Shown here in pieces: positions 1 to 8,499 of a stretch of 25,018 bases of DNA. The translations under genes and the position numbers were made by a program. Origin of the DNA: Nitrospira japonica (GTDB lineage: Bacteria; Nitrospirota; Thermodesulfovibrionia; Thermodesulfovibrionales; SM23-35); the NCBI GenBank assembly GCA_020725385.1, contig DYFC01000056.1, positions 1 through 25,018 of the forward strand, read 5' to 3'. Under the pieces are notes generated by a model that worked only from the letters and a program-made list of their open reading frames with translations, was not told the DNA's origin and did not search any database. Position 1 is the stretch's first letter, and each line of letters opens with the position of its first letter.

Positions 1-140
1 AATCATCTTTAAACGTACACTAAGGTATCGAAAAATAAATTTTTTCGCAACATCTGCATTACTTTAAATGCATTTTTCAGGTTTACGGTCTTTATGGCTT
101 GTCAGCTCGCAGGCTTTCAAGTATGTTTTTAAGATATAAT

Positions 141-1109
141 TCAGGATACTTCCATTCTGTACCAGCCATTACCGAATACAGCATCTTCGCCAACGTGGAC
201 ATATTCACCAAGTATAAGCCATGGGAGAAATTCTTTTAGATTACCTTCAAAAGTAATATCTCCTATAAACCCGCTAATATCATGCTGTATATGTTGCGAT
301 TTGCTTGTCCTTACAAGATCGATCCATTTAAGATTAACATTTTTTGTCTTAATTTTTCTTGCTTTCTCTGCGAGTCCTTTGAAATCAATATCAATGTTTT
401 TACCGCAATAAGTTAATGAAAGCGCATTAATTCTATCCCTTAATCTCCTGATTATATGATGAAACTCGGGAACTCTTATTGGTATGCTTTTGCCTTTTTC
501 TCCTGTAGGATTAAATCTAATTCTTGTTGGAGTTAAAAAATATAATGTTAAGTTTCTGCTATCACTTATTTTTTCAGCCTGTTTTGTTATTTCGTTGCCT
601 GAAATTACAAGTTGGATGTTCTTTATTGTATTTTTATCAGGCTCAAATATGGATTCTGAATTAAAGCCTTTTAATACTCTGATGTCATGAAGTTTGAAAC
701 GACCTCTGTTTATACCTATCCCCCATTTCCCGAGTTCTATTATGGGAACTATTACATAAGGAAGGAAATTTATGCTTTTACCAATGAGTATCATCTCAAA
801 TTTAATATCCTGTTCTGATGAATAATCTTTTGTTATTTCAAGAGGAGGTTTTATGACAAAGCCACGTGGTGTATTAAATAATCTTTTTGCAGGATTAATG
901 CAAATTGGATTGAATATAAGAGTATATGCGCATTTTTCTATTAAAGAGCAATCCTCACAATCTGTTTTTTGTTTAATACACACGATTTTTCTTAATGAAG
1001 AGCCAAATGCTCCTCTTAGTATATTTCCTTTATTGTATGCAGGCATTCTAATAAGGTTTTCCGGATGTAGGGTAAATTCGTAGCGGGCCAAAGTAAAATG
1101 ATCAAACAT
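141..1109 (-). CDS. cas6: CRISPR pre-crRNA processing endoribonuclease Cas6 (RAMP, Zn-finger-containing subtype)
   Basis: 322 aa. N-terminal GNILRGAFG motif followed by a C-x6-C-x2-C-x5-C-x-Y cluster, FLTPTRI, GFIGDITFEG and a C-terminal Gly-rich loop HVGEDAVFGNG, as in the DUF2276-type Cas6 family. Confidence 0.88.
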   Translation of the reverse strand: MFDHFTLARYEFTLHPENLIRMPAYNKGNILRGAFGSSLRKIVCIKQKTDCEDCSLIEKCAYTLIFNPICINPAKRLFNTPRGFVIKPPLEITKDYSSEQDIKFEMILIGKSINFLPYVIVPIIELGKWGIGINRGRFKLHDIRVLKGFNSESIFEPDKNTIKNIQLVISGNEITKQAEKISDSRNLTLYFLTPTRIRFNPTGEKGKSIPIRVPEFHHIIRRLRDRINALSLTYCGKNIDIDFKGLAEKARKIKTKNVNLKWIDLVRTSKSQHIQHDISGFIGDITFEGNLKEFLPWLILGEYVHVGEDAVFGNGWYRMEVS

Positions 1110-1115
1110 AAGATA

Positions 1116-1124
1116 ATAATAGCA
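1116..1124 (-). promoter_or_regulatory. Putative extended -10 promoter (TGCTATTAT) for a leaderless cas6 transcript
   Basis: On the minus strand TGC-TATTAT lies 6 nt before the cas6 ATG, and no Shine-Dalgarno sequence is present in the 50-bp gap. Confidence 0.45.
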
Positions 1125-1159
1125 TATTTATTTCGTTAAACTAAAAATGCATTATCGGG

Positions 1160-3793
1160 CTAATTATTTGTTGTATCTTCAATAATATTCTTTAAATTTC
1201 TTAAAGCTTCATCAAGTTTTTCTATATCTTTTGTGCCACCCTGCGCAAGGTCTGGTTTGCCACCACCTTTTCCTCCTGCAATTGCAGAAAGTTTTTTCAT
1301 AATATTGCCGGCATGAAATTTTTTTGTTAAATCTTTTGTTACCATGCATACCATTGAAGCCTGGCCTTCACTAACAGATGATGTTATTATAATTCCCGAC
1401 TTAATACGGTCACGAATATTGTCAGAAAGAAGGCGTAATTCATTCAAGTTCATATCATCCTGTCTTAAGCTTACAAGTTTTACATTATCAAAAGTTATAG
1501 CGGAATTTATTGCATCTTTAATAACATCTCCGGAAGAACCTGTTTTGAGTTTTTGTACTTCTTTTTCGAGTGATTTTATATCTGTTAAAAGTTTCTGAAT
1601 TTTCTCTAAAGGCTTGTCAGCTTTTAGTATTTCTTTTATATTGTTAAGTTCTGTTTTCTGTTGTCTTAGAAAATCAAAAGCATATTTTCCAGTCAATGCT
1701 TCTATTCTTCTTACTCCAGAAGCTACACTTCCTTCGGATGTTATAACAAACAGACCTATTTCGCCTGTTGCTTTACAGTGCGTTCCACCACAAAGTTCTT
1801 TGCTGAAATCACCTGCCGAGACTACCCGAACAGTATCACCGTATTTCTCATCGAATAAGGCCATTGCACCCGAATTCATAGCATCCTGAATATTCATAAT
1901 ATCTGTTTTTACGGGTAGATTCTCTATGATTTTTTCATTAACTATATCTTCAACTTTTTCTATTTCGTTTCTGTGCATACCGCTAATATGGGTGAAATCA
2001 AACCTTAATCTTTCATTATCTACCACAGAACCCGATTGCTTAACATGATTTCCAAGCACTATGCGCAATGCTTTATGCAAAAGATGAGTTGCTGTATGGT
2101 TCCTCATAACTTCTTTTCTAAAGGAAGCATTAACTTTGCAAAGAACTTTCTCACCTTTTTTAATTTTACCTTTAAGAACTTTTGCATAATGATAAAAAAG
2201 TTGCGAGGGTTTTTTAGTGTCTTTTATTTCTATAAATGATTTTTCCGTTTCTATGGAACCTATATCACCGACCTGGCCACCTGATTCTCCATAAAAAGGT
2301 GTACGATCAAGTATCAGGATACCTTCTTCACCTTCATTTAATTCTTCTGTTAATTCATTATCTCTCAAGATTGCTAATACATAAGATTCAGATGAAAGGC
2401 TATCATAACCAACGAAAATTGTATTTTCACCAATTCCATGTATTTCGGTTGAAACAGAAGGGATGCTACCCTTAAATACATCGGTTATTACTTTTGATTT
2501 CTGACGATGGGCTTCCATTTCTTTATGAAAACCTTCTTCGTCAATTATAAGGCCTGCATCTAATGCTATATCTTTTGCAAAATCAAGAGGCAATCCGTGT
2601 GTTTGCTGCAATCTTGCAACTTCTTCACCCGGAATTACTCTAAGATTCTCGGACTTTGCTTTTTTAATAATTTCATCGAATAAGTTCATAGAATTTTCAA
2701 TGGTTCTATGGAAATTCTCTTCCTCGATTTTTAAAAGTTTTATATTTCTACTATTTTCCTTAACAATTTCAGGATATACATTTCCCATAGCTTCAATAAC
2801 CGGAGCCGTAAGCTTATAGAGACATGGCTCGTGAAGATTTAAAAGTTTTGCGTGTCTTGAAGCTCTTCTGATAATTCTTCTTAAAACATAACCCCTGCCT
2901 TCATTTGAAGGAATGCATCCTTCTGAGAGCATAAAAACACTTGCTCTTATGTGATCTGCGATTACTCTCATTGAAGCTGTGTTATCAGTGGTGGAACCAT
3001 ACTCAATACCCGATAAAGATGATATTGCGTCTATAACAGGCTTGAATATATCTGTATCAAAATTTGTAGGTTTACCCTGTAATACTGCGCTAATACGTTC
3101 TAATCCCATTCCAGTGTCAATACTTGGTTTTGGTAAAGGATTAAGTTGTCCATTCTCATCCCTGTTATATTGCATGAAAACAAGATTCCAGAGTTCAAGG
3201 AATCTATCACAGTCACATGCAACATTGCAGTCAGGTTTGCCGCACCCGATATGTGAGCCCTGATCAATAATTATCTCAGAACACGGACCACATGGTCCTG
3301 TGTCTCCCATCTGCCAGAAATTATCTTTTGCGCCAAGACGAACTATTCTGTTTTCCGGGATTCCGGTGAGTTCATTCCAGAGTTTTGCTGCTTCATCATC
3401 TTCTTCATATACAGAGACATAAAGTTTATCCTTAGGAAGACCGAATATATTTGTTAAAAGATCCCATCCGAAAATTATCGCATCTTTTTTGAAGTAATCA
3501 CCAAAAGAAAAATTTCCCAGCATCTCAAAAAAAGTGTGATGCCTTGCTGTATGTCCAACATTTTCAAGGTCACTATGCTTTCCACCTGCGCGCATGCATT
3601 TCTGACATGTAGTTGCACGGGTAAAATCTACTTTCTCGGTACCAAGAAATATTTTTTTGAATTGAACCATTCCGGCATTAACGAAGATTAGGGTAGGGTC
3701 ATCCCATGGTATTAAAGGTGAACTCGGTACAATTTTATGCCCTTTGGACTGGAAATACTCAAGAAATGCAGTACGTATCTCGGAACTTTTCAT
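1160..3793 (-). CDS. alaS: Alanine--tRNA ligase
   Basis: 877 aa. NAGMVQFK, HHTFFEMLGNFSFGDYFK, IDTGMGLER, editing motifs HTATH and ELCGGTH, C-terminal GGKGGG..AQGG. Confidence 0.99.
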   Translation of the reverse strand: MKSSEIRTAFLEYFQSKGHKIVPSSPLIPWDDPTLIFVNAGMVQFKKIFLGTEKVDFTRATTCQKCMRAGGKHSDLENVGHTARHHTFFEMLGNFSFGDYFKKDAIIFGWDLLTNIFGLPKDKLYVSVYEEDDEAAKLWNELTGIPENRIVRLGAKDNFWQMGDTGPCGPCSEIIIDQGSHIGCGKPDCNVACDCDRFLELWNLVFMQYNRDENGQLNPLPKPSIDTGMGLERISAVLQGKPTNFDTDIFKPVIDAISSLSGIEYGSTTDNTASMRVIADHIRASVFMLSEGCIPSNEGRGYVLRRIIRRASRHAKLLNLHEPCLYKLTAPVIEAMGNVYPEIVKENSRNIKLLKIEEENFHRTIENSMNLFDEIIKKAKSENLRVIPGEEVARLQQTHGLPLDFAKDIALDAGLIIDEEGFHKEMEAHRQKSKVITDVFKGSIPSVSTEIHGIGENTIFVGYDSLSSESYVLAILRDNELTEELNEGEEGILILDRTPFYGESGGQVGDIGSIETEKSFIEIKDTKKPSQLFYHYAKVLKGKIKKGEKVLCKVNASFRKEVMRNHTATHLLHKALRIVLGNHVKQSGSVVDNERLRFDFTHISGMHRNEIEKVEDIVNEKIIENLPVKTDIMNIQDAMNSGAMALFDEKYGDTVRVVSAGDFSKELCGGTHCKATGEIGLFVITSEGSVASGVRRIEALTGKYAFDFLRQQKTELNNIKEILKADKPLEKIQKLLTDIKSLEKEVQKLKTGSSGDVIKDAINSAITFDNVKLVSLRQDDMNLNELRLLSDNIRDRIKSGIIITSSVSEGQASMVCMVTKDLTKKFHAGNIMKKLSAIAGGKGGGKPDLAQGGTKDIEKLDEALRNLKNIIEDTTNN

Positions 3794-3820
3794 ATATCTC
3801 CTATAAGAACTAAAATATAT

Positions 3821-4144
3821 TTATTTTACATATATAAGCTTGCCATCATAAAAGAATAGTATTTTTGTCCCGATAATGCCGAGTTTCGAATATATCCATT
3901 CTGTTCTTGATTTCCCTTCATAAGGTTCGAGAATTTTCTGATAATCAGGGTTTCCCCATGCGTATCTTACCTGCTCGGGAGTCATTCCAAGAGCTACTTC
4001 GCCTTTACGGATATTGTCCTGAATATTTGAAGGAAATCCCTGAATCTCGGTCTCAGAATATCTTACAGGGCTTGTACAACCGGTTAAAATAATTGCTGAA
4101 ATCATTAATGAGATAACCACGATAATTGAAACAATTTTTTTCAT
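3821..4144 (-). CDS. Small lipoprotein, SmpA/BamE-like domain
   Basis: MKK plus hydrophobic stretch and lipobox LTGC; GMTPEQVRYAWGNP...EWIY resembles the SmpA/OmlA motif. Confidence 0.7.
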   Translation of the reverse strand: MKKIVSIIVVISLMISAIILTGCTSPVRYSETEIQGFPSNIQDNIRKGEVALGMTPEQVRYAWGNPDYQKILEPYEGKSRTEWIYSKLGIIGTKILFFYDGKLIYVK

Positions 4145-4147
4145 TAC

Positions 4148-4612
4148 TTACTCCTCCTTTTTAATTTGATTTAAAGCCTTAAATATTATATCAGAGCTAT
4201 AACCTCTTCTCAGTAACTGATTATATAATCTTCTTTTGGTTTTTTCATTAAGATGAAAGCCGGGGTTTTTGATTTTTTTCAAAAGAAATTGATTTGCTTT
4301 ATCCAAATCTTCATTATCATTATCAATGCATACAGATGTAATTATATTTCTTGGAATTCCTTTTTGTAAAAGGTATCTTCTAACTCCTTCAGAACCCAAT
4401 AATTTTCTTTCAGAAGCATCACGTTTTAATGATTCTGCCAATAAAGAATCATTTATAAAACCAAGTCCCTTTAAATATTCTATTTCCAAAATTATCTCAT
4501 TCTCCGTAAATCCTTTATTTTTAAGTCTTTCTTTAAGTTCTTTTTCACTTCTTGCTCGATAACCGAGAAGCTTTAGAGCATATTGTCTTATTTTATTTTG
4601 AGAATCTTTCAA
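4148..4612 (-). CDS. recX: Regulatory protein RecX
   Basis: ALKLLGYRARSEKELKERL, GFINDS, LLQKGI, LLRRGY motifs; located downstream of recA. Confidence 0.93.
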   Translation of the reverse strand: MKDSQNKIRQYALKLLGYRARSEKELKERLKNKGFTENEIILEIEYLKGLGFINDSLLAESLKRDASERKLLGSEGVRRYLLQKGIPRNIITSVCIDNDNEDLDKANQFLLKKIKNPGFHLNEKTKRRLYNQLLRRGYSSDIIFKALNQIKKEE

Positions 4613-5744
4613 TTTTCATTTCGTCCTTGACATCAGGTTTTTTCTCGAAAGATTCAAGCGCCAGATCACTTGTGGATTGAATACCTTTTACTTTAAGTAC
4701 AAAGTCATCCGGATTTGTTGCTCGTCTTAGAGCTTCCTCGTAAGTTATTAAACCTGATTTATAAAGACTGAAAAGTGATTGATCGAATGTCTGCATGCCA
4801 TAATGAATAGCTCCTTGTTCAATAACATCGGGAATGGTTTTTGTTTTATCAGGATCAAGTATGCAATCTTTTATAGTAGCAGTTGCAATAAGAATTTCTA
4901 CAGCAGGAACCCTACCTTTACCATCGGCTCTTGGTACAAGTCTCATGGAAATAATAGCTTTGAGAACAGATGATAATTGCATTCTAACCTGTTTATGCTG
5001 GTACGGAGGAAATACAGCAATGATTCTATTAACAGTTTCTGTAGCATCAATAGTATGAAGTGTGCTCAAAACAAGATGTCCTGTTTCAGCAGCAACAAGG
5101 GATGTCTGTATGGTTTCAAAGTCTCTCATTTCACCAACAAGAATTACATCAGGGTCCTGCCTTAGAGCCTGCCTTAAGGCTTTGCTGAAAGATTCTGTAT
5201 CGCTGCCTATTTCTCTCTGGTTAACAATGCTTTTTTTATCTCTATGGAGATATTCAATTGGATCTTCGATTGTTATTATATGTTCTGTTCTTGAGGAATT
5301 AATGAGGTCTATCATAGAAGCAAGAGTAGTAGATTTTCCGCTACCGGTTGTTCCTGTAACAAGAATTAAGCCCCTTTGTTCCATAGAAATCTTTTTAATA
5401 ACTTCAGGCAATAACAATTCATCAATAGTTGGTATCCTCATCGAAATAACACGAAATACAAGACCTACTGTACCTCTTTGCATAAATATATTACAGCGGA
5501 ATCTTCCAAGCCCAGGAACACTATATGCAAGATCAATATCATTTTTTCTCTTAAAGACATCTGTTTGGCCAGGAGTCATTACAGAAAGTGCAATTTTTGT
5601 CGCATCTTCATGGGTAAGTTTTTTTTCCGATGTTAAAGGCACAAGTTCTCCATGTATTCTAAGAATCGGCGGAGACCCTACTTTTATATGGAGGTCAGAT
5701 GCTTCTAAAGCATGGGCTTTTCTTAATAGATCATTAATTTCCAT
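4593..5744 (-). CDS. pilT: Type IV pilus retraction ATPase, PilT/PilU family
   Basis: ASDLHIKVG, Walker A GTTGSGKST, TIEDPIE, LRQDPDVILVGEMRD, TGHLVLSTLH, GMQTFDQ. The AIRNLIRE motif is degenerate (TIKDCILD), suggesting a paralog. Confidence 0.92.
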   Translation of the reverse strand: MEINDLLRKAHALEASDLHIKVGSPPILRIHGELVPLTSEKKLTHEDATKIALSVMTPGQTDVFKRKNDIDLAYSVPGLGRFRCNIFMQRGTVGLVFRVISMRIPTIDELLLPEVIKKISMEQRGLILVTGTTGSGKSTTLASMIDLINSSRTEHIITIEDPIEYLHRDKKSIVNQREIGSDTESFSKALRQALRQDPDVILVGEMRDFETIQTSLVAAETGHLVLSTLHTIDATETVNRIIAVFPPYQHKQVRMQLSSVLKAIISMRLVPRADGKGRVPAVEILIATATIKDCILDPDKTKTIPDVIEQGAIHYGMQTFDQSLFSLYKSGLITYEEALRRATNPDDFVLKVKGIQSTSDLALESFEKKPDVKDEMKIERFSK

Positions 5745-5746
5745 TA

Positions 5747-6742
5747 TTACCTCCTGAGATGAAAGGCTTCAATAACCTTGCCTTCTATTTCTTTTGTTAT
5801 TTCAGGATTATTTTTAAGGTATTCCTTAACATTTTCGCGACCCTGTCCGATTCTGTTTCCTCCATAGCTATACCATGCACCTGATTTTTCTATTATACCT
5901 TTTTCAACTCCGAGATCTACTATCTCACCTTCACGTGATATTCCTTCATTAAAATAAATATCAAATTCAGCCTGTTTAAAAGGTGGAGCCACTTTATTCT
6001 TTACTACCTTTACCCTAACACGACCGCCAATAGTATCCTGATTCTCCTTGAGATTTTCTATTCTTCTAATATCAAGCCTCATCGAAGAATAGAACTTAAG
6101 AGCATTACCGCCTGTTGTTGTTTCGGGATTACCAAACATTACACCTATTTTCATTCTTATCTGATTTATGAAAATAACAGTAGTATTTGATTTTGATATT
6201 GCTGCTGTTAGTTTTCTTAGAGCCTGACTCATAAGCCTTGCTTGGAGTCCCGGTAAAGAGTCACCCATTTCACCTTCTATTTCTGCTTTTGGAACAAGTG
6301 CTGCTACAGAGTCAATTGTAATTATATCAATTGCACCGCTTCTTACAAGAACCTCTGCAACCTCAAGAGCCTGTTCTCCTGTATCAGGCTGTGAGACTAA
6401 TAGATCTTCGATTTTAACTCCAAGTTTCTGTGCATAATTAATATCAAGAGCATGTTCTGCGTCAATAAAAGCAGCGTTGCCTCCTGCTTTTTGAGCCTGT
6501 GCTATAGCGCTTAGTGCAAGAGTAGTTTTTCCTGAAGATTCCGGACCATAAATTTCTATTACCCTGCCTCTTGGAAAGCCACCTATACCTGTTGCGATAT
6601 CAAGAGTTAGAGAGCCGGTGGGTATTACCTGTAACCCTTCAGCTACTTCTTGTGAGCCGAGCCGCATTATTGAGCCTTTGCCAAAACTCTTCTCTATCTG
6701 GGAAATAGCCATCTCAAGTGCTTTTACTTTGTCTTTATTCAT
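5747..6742 (-). CDS. recA: Recombinase RecA
   Basis: [54 protein letters not shown]. Confidence 0.99.
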   Translation of the reverse strand: MNKDKVKALEMAISQIEKSFGKGSIMRLGSQEVAEGLQVIPTGSLTLDIATGIGGFPRGRVIEIYGPESSGKTTLALSAIAQAQKAGGNAAFIDAEHALDINYAQKLGVKIEDLLVSQPDTGEQALEVAEVLVRSGAIDIITIDSVAALVPKAEIEGEMGDSLPGLQARLMSQALRKLTAAISKSNTTVIFINQIRMKIGVMFGNPETTTGGNALKFYSSMRLDIRRIENLKENQDTIGGRVRVKVVKNKVAPPFKQAEFDIYFNEGISREGEIVDLGVEKGIIEKSGAWYSYGGNRIGQGRENVKEYLKNNPEITKEIEGKVIEAFHLRR

Positions 6743-6784
6743 TTTTCCCTCCGTTTAATTTTCCTTAAATTTTGTATATATATT

Positions 6785-7351
6785 TTATACTTCATTCATT
6801 TTTATTTCATATAAACAACTATATTCCGGGCATGTTGGTTTTAAAACACTTTTCATAATTTTTATTGAATCAACAAGAACATCTCCAAATTCTTTTGTAG
6901 CATTATTATCAAGCTCTTTAATAATGTTTAATGCCCCTTTTTTGGAACGAAATCTGCCAATTGTTAAATGTGGTTTAAAATCTCTGTCATCTTCTTTAAA
7001 TCCGAGTTGTTTCATTGATTTATCAATATCCTTCTGGAGTTTTATAAAAGTATCGGGATATTCAATTCCTATCCAGCAAACCCTTGGATATTTACTATTT
7101 GGAAATACCCCTGTACTTTTTATTTTAATATTGAATGGCCTGTAAGATTTTACCACCATTGATATTTTGTCTCTAATTTCTGTAATAAGCTTTTCACGGG
7201 TATTACCCAGAAATTTCAATGTTATATGTAAATTATCAGCAGATACCCATTTTATATCAGCATCATGTTTTTTAAGAAATTCAACCAAATCATTAATATC
7301 TTTTTTTATAGAATCCGGTATATCAACTGCAATAAAACACCTAATATCCAT
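6785..7351 (-). CDS. thpR: RNA 2',3'-cyclic phosphodiesterase (2'-5' RNA ligase family, 2H phosphoesterase)
   Basis: RCFIA start and two HxT motifs (HITLKFLG, PHLTIGR); typical position upstream of recA. Confidence 0.93.
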   Translation of the reverse strand: MDIRCFIAVDIPDSIKKDINDLVEFLKKHDADIKWVSADNLHITLKFLGNTREKLITEIRDKISMVVKSYRPFNIKIKSTGVFPNSKYPRVCWIGIEYPDTFIKLQKDIDKSMKQLGFKEDDRDFKPHLTIGRFRSKKGALNIIKELDNNATKEFGDVLVDSIKIMKSVLKPTCPEYSCLYEIKMNEV

Positions 7352-7814
7352 AAAAAATAAAATAAACCTGCAAGATTAAATTAGTATAAATTCCTGCGAG
7401 AATATCATCCATCATTATTCCAAGTCCGCCATTCAGTTTTTTTTCAACAAATCTTATAGGGAATGGTTTTAGTATATCGAAAAAACGGAATAAAAAAAAG
7501 GCTGATATAAGAATAGCATAATTAACCGGTAGACTAAAAACAGAAATTAAATATCCAAGAAGTTCATCTATTACTATGTGACCGCTATCTTTTTGTCCGA
7601 TTACCCTTTCAGCAATTGTTGAAGATGCTATTCCTATAATTGTAATAAAACATATCAGCAAACCCTGTACATATAAGGAAATATTAAATATCATTAAAAG
7701 TAATACTCCGATAGCACTTGCCCATGTTCCGGGCGCAACAGGTAAATAACCTATAAAACCAAGAGTAGCAATATTTTTAAAAATGATTTCCGATATTTTA
7801 GGGATTTTATTCAT
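7341..7814 (-). CDS. pgpA: Phosphatidylglycerophosphatase A
   Basis: APGTWAS, DSGHIVIDE, FRFFDILKPFPI, GGLGIMMDDILAG. Confidence 0.95.
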   Translation of the reverse strand: MNKIPKISEIIFKNIATLGFIGYLPVAPGTWASAIGVLLLMIFNISLYVQGLLICFITIIGIASSTIAERVIGQKDSGHIVIDELLGYLISVFSLPVNYAILISAFFLFRFFDILKPFPIRFVEKKLNGGLGIMMDDILAGIYTNLILQVYFIFYGY

Positions 7815-8226
7815 TAATAATTTTGTAAGAATAATGGATTTTTGCCGAACCTTCGAGAGTAGCTTTGACAGAGCAATATTTGTTCATTGAAAGCTCAACG
7901 GCTCTTTTTACTGCTTCTTCAGATATGTTTCTACCTTTTACAATATATTCAATGGTAATTTCAGTAAGTTTTTTAGGGAATTCTTCTGCTTTATTTCCTT
8001 TTACATTTATTTCAAGACCTGTGACATCCTGTTTCTTCTTTCTCAATATAGAAATTACATCCATTCCTGTGCAACCACCGGATGCGATAAGAAGCAATTC
8101 CACAGGTCTTGGTCCTGTATTTTTACCACCAACAGAAGGGTCTGAGTCCATTACAATAGCATGTCCTGAACCGGAGTCACCAACAAATTGCATTTCTTTA
8201 ACCAGTGTGACTTTAGCTTTTAGCAT
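7807..8226 (-). CDS. OsmC/YhfA-family protein
   Basis: GPRPVELLL..GGCTGMDV and KYCSV two-Cys motifs; GGAGG ribosome binding site upstream. Confidence 0.9.
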   Translation of the reverse strand: MLKAKVTLVKEMQFVGDSGSGHAIVMDSDPSVGGKNTGPRPVELLLIASGGCTGMDVISILRKKKQDVTGLEINVKGNKAEEFPKKLTEITIEYIVKGRNISEEAVKRAVELSMNKYCSVKATLEGSAKIHYSYKIINE

Positions 8227-8499
8227 TAAAACCTCCCGAATTTTATGTATAAATCTTCTTTATCATCTTTCTGTTCCCTGGTTGAATCAGAGGATAAAGT
8301 TTATTTATATGTTGGTTTCATTACCTTTGTTTGAACAGAGAATCCAGAAAAATTGGTTTTGGTTTCCGTTTTCCGGTATTGTCTGTTCCCCTCATCGAGA
8401 GGGTATATTATAAAAAAGGGATGTTTTTTTACTTTTTACTCTCTACTTTTTGTTAATTGTTAGCTTGAGAGACTGCTGCTTGATGACTTACTTTACGTA

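Noticed and set aside
5062-5757. 231-aa plus-strand ORF
   Set aside because: Antisense shadow of the well-supported pilT-family gene, with no recognisable motifs.
4148-6742. pilT-family gene between recA and recX as a novelty
   Set aside because: The order recA-pilT-recX-alaS is known from Geobacter-like genomes, so it is not unusual.
6743-6784. LexA box upstream of recA
   Set aside because: No palindrome matching a LexA motif I know is present in the gap.
7865-8413. 182-aa plus-strand ORF
   Set aside because: Mostly antisense to osmC, TTG start, no recognisable domain.
8227-8499. 6S RNA, tRNA or a known riboswitch in this gap
   Set aside because: No long closing helix, cloverleaf or recognisable aptamer consensus; kept only as a low-confidence finding.
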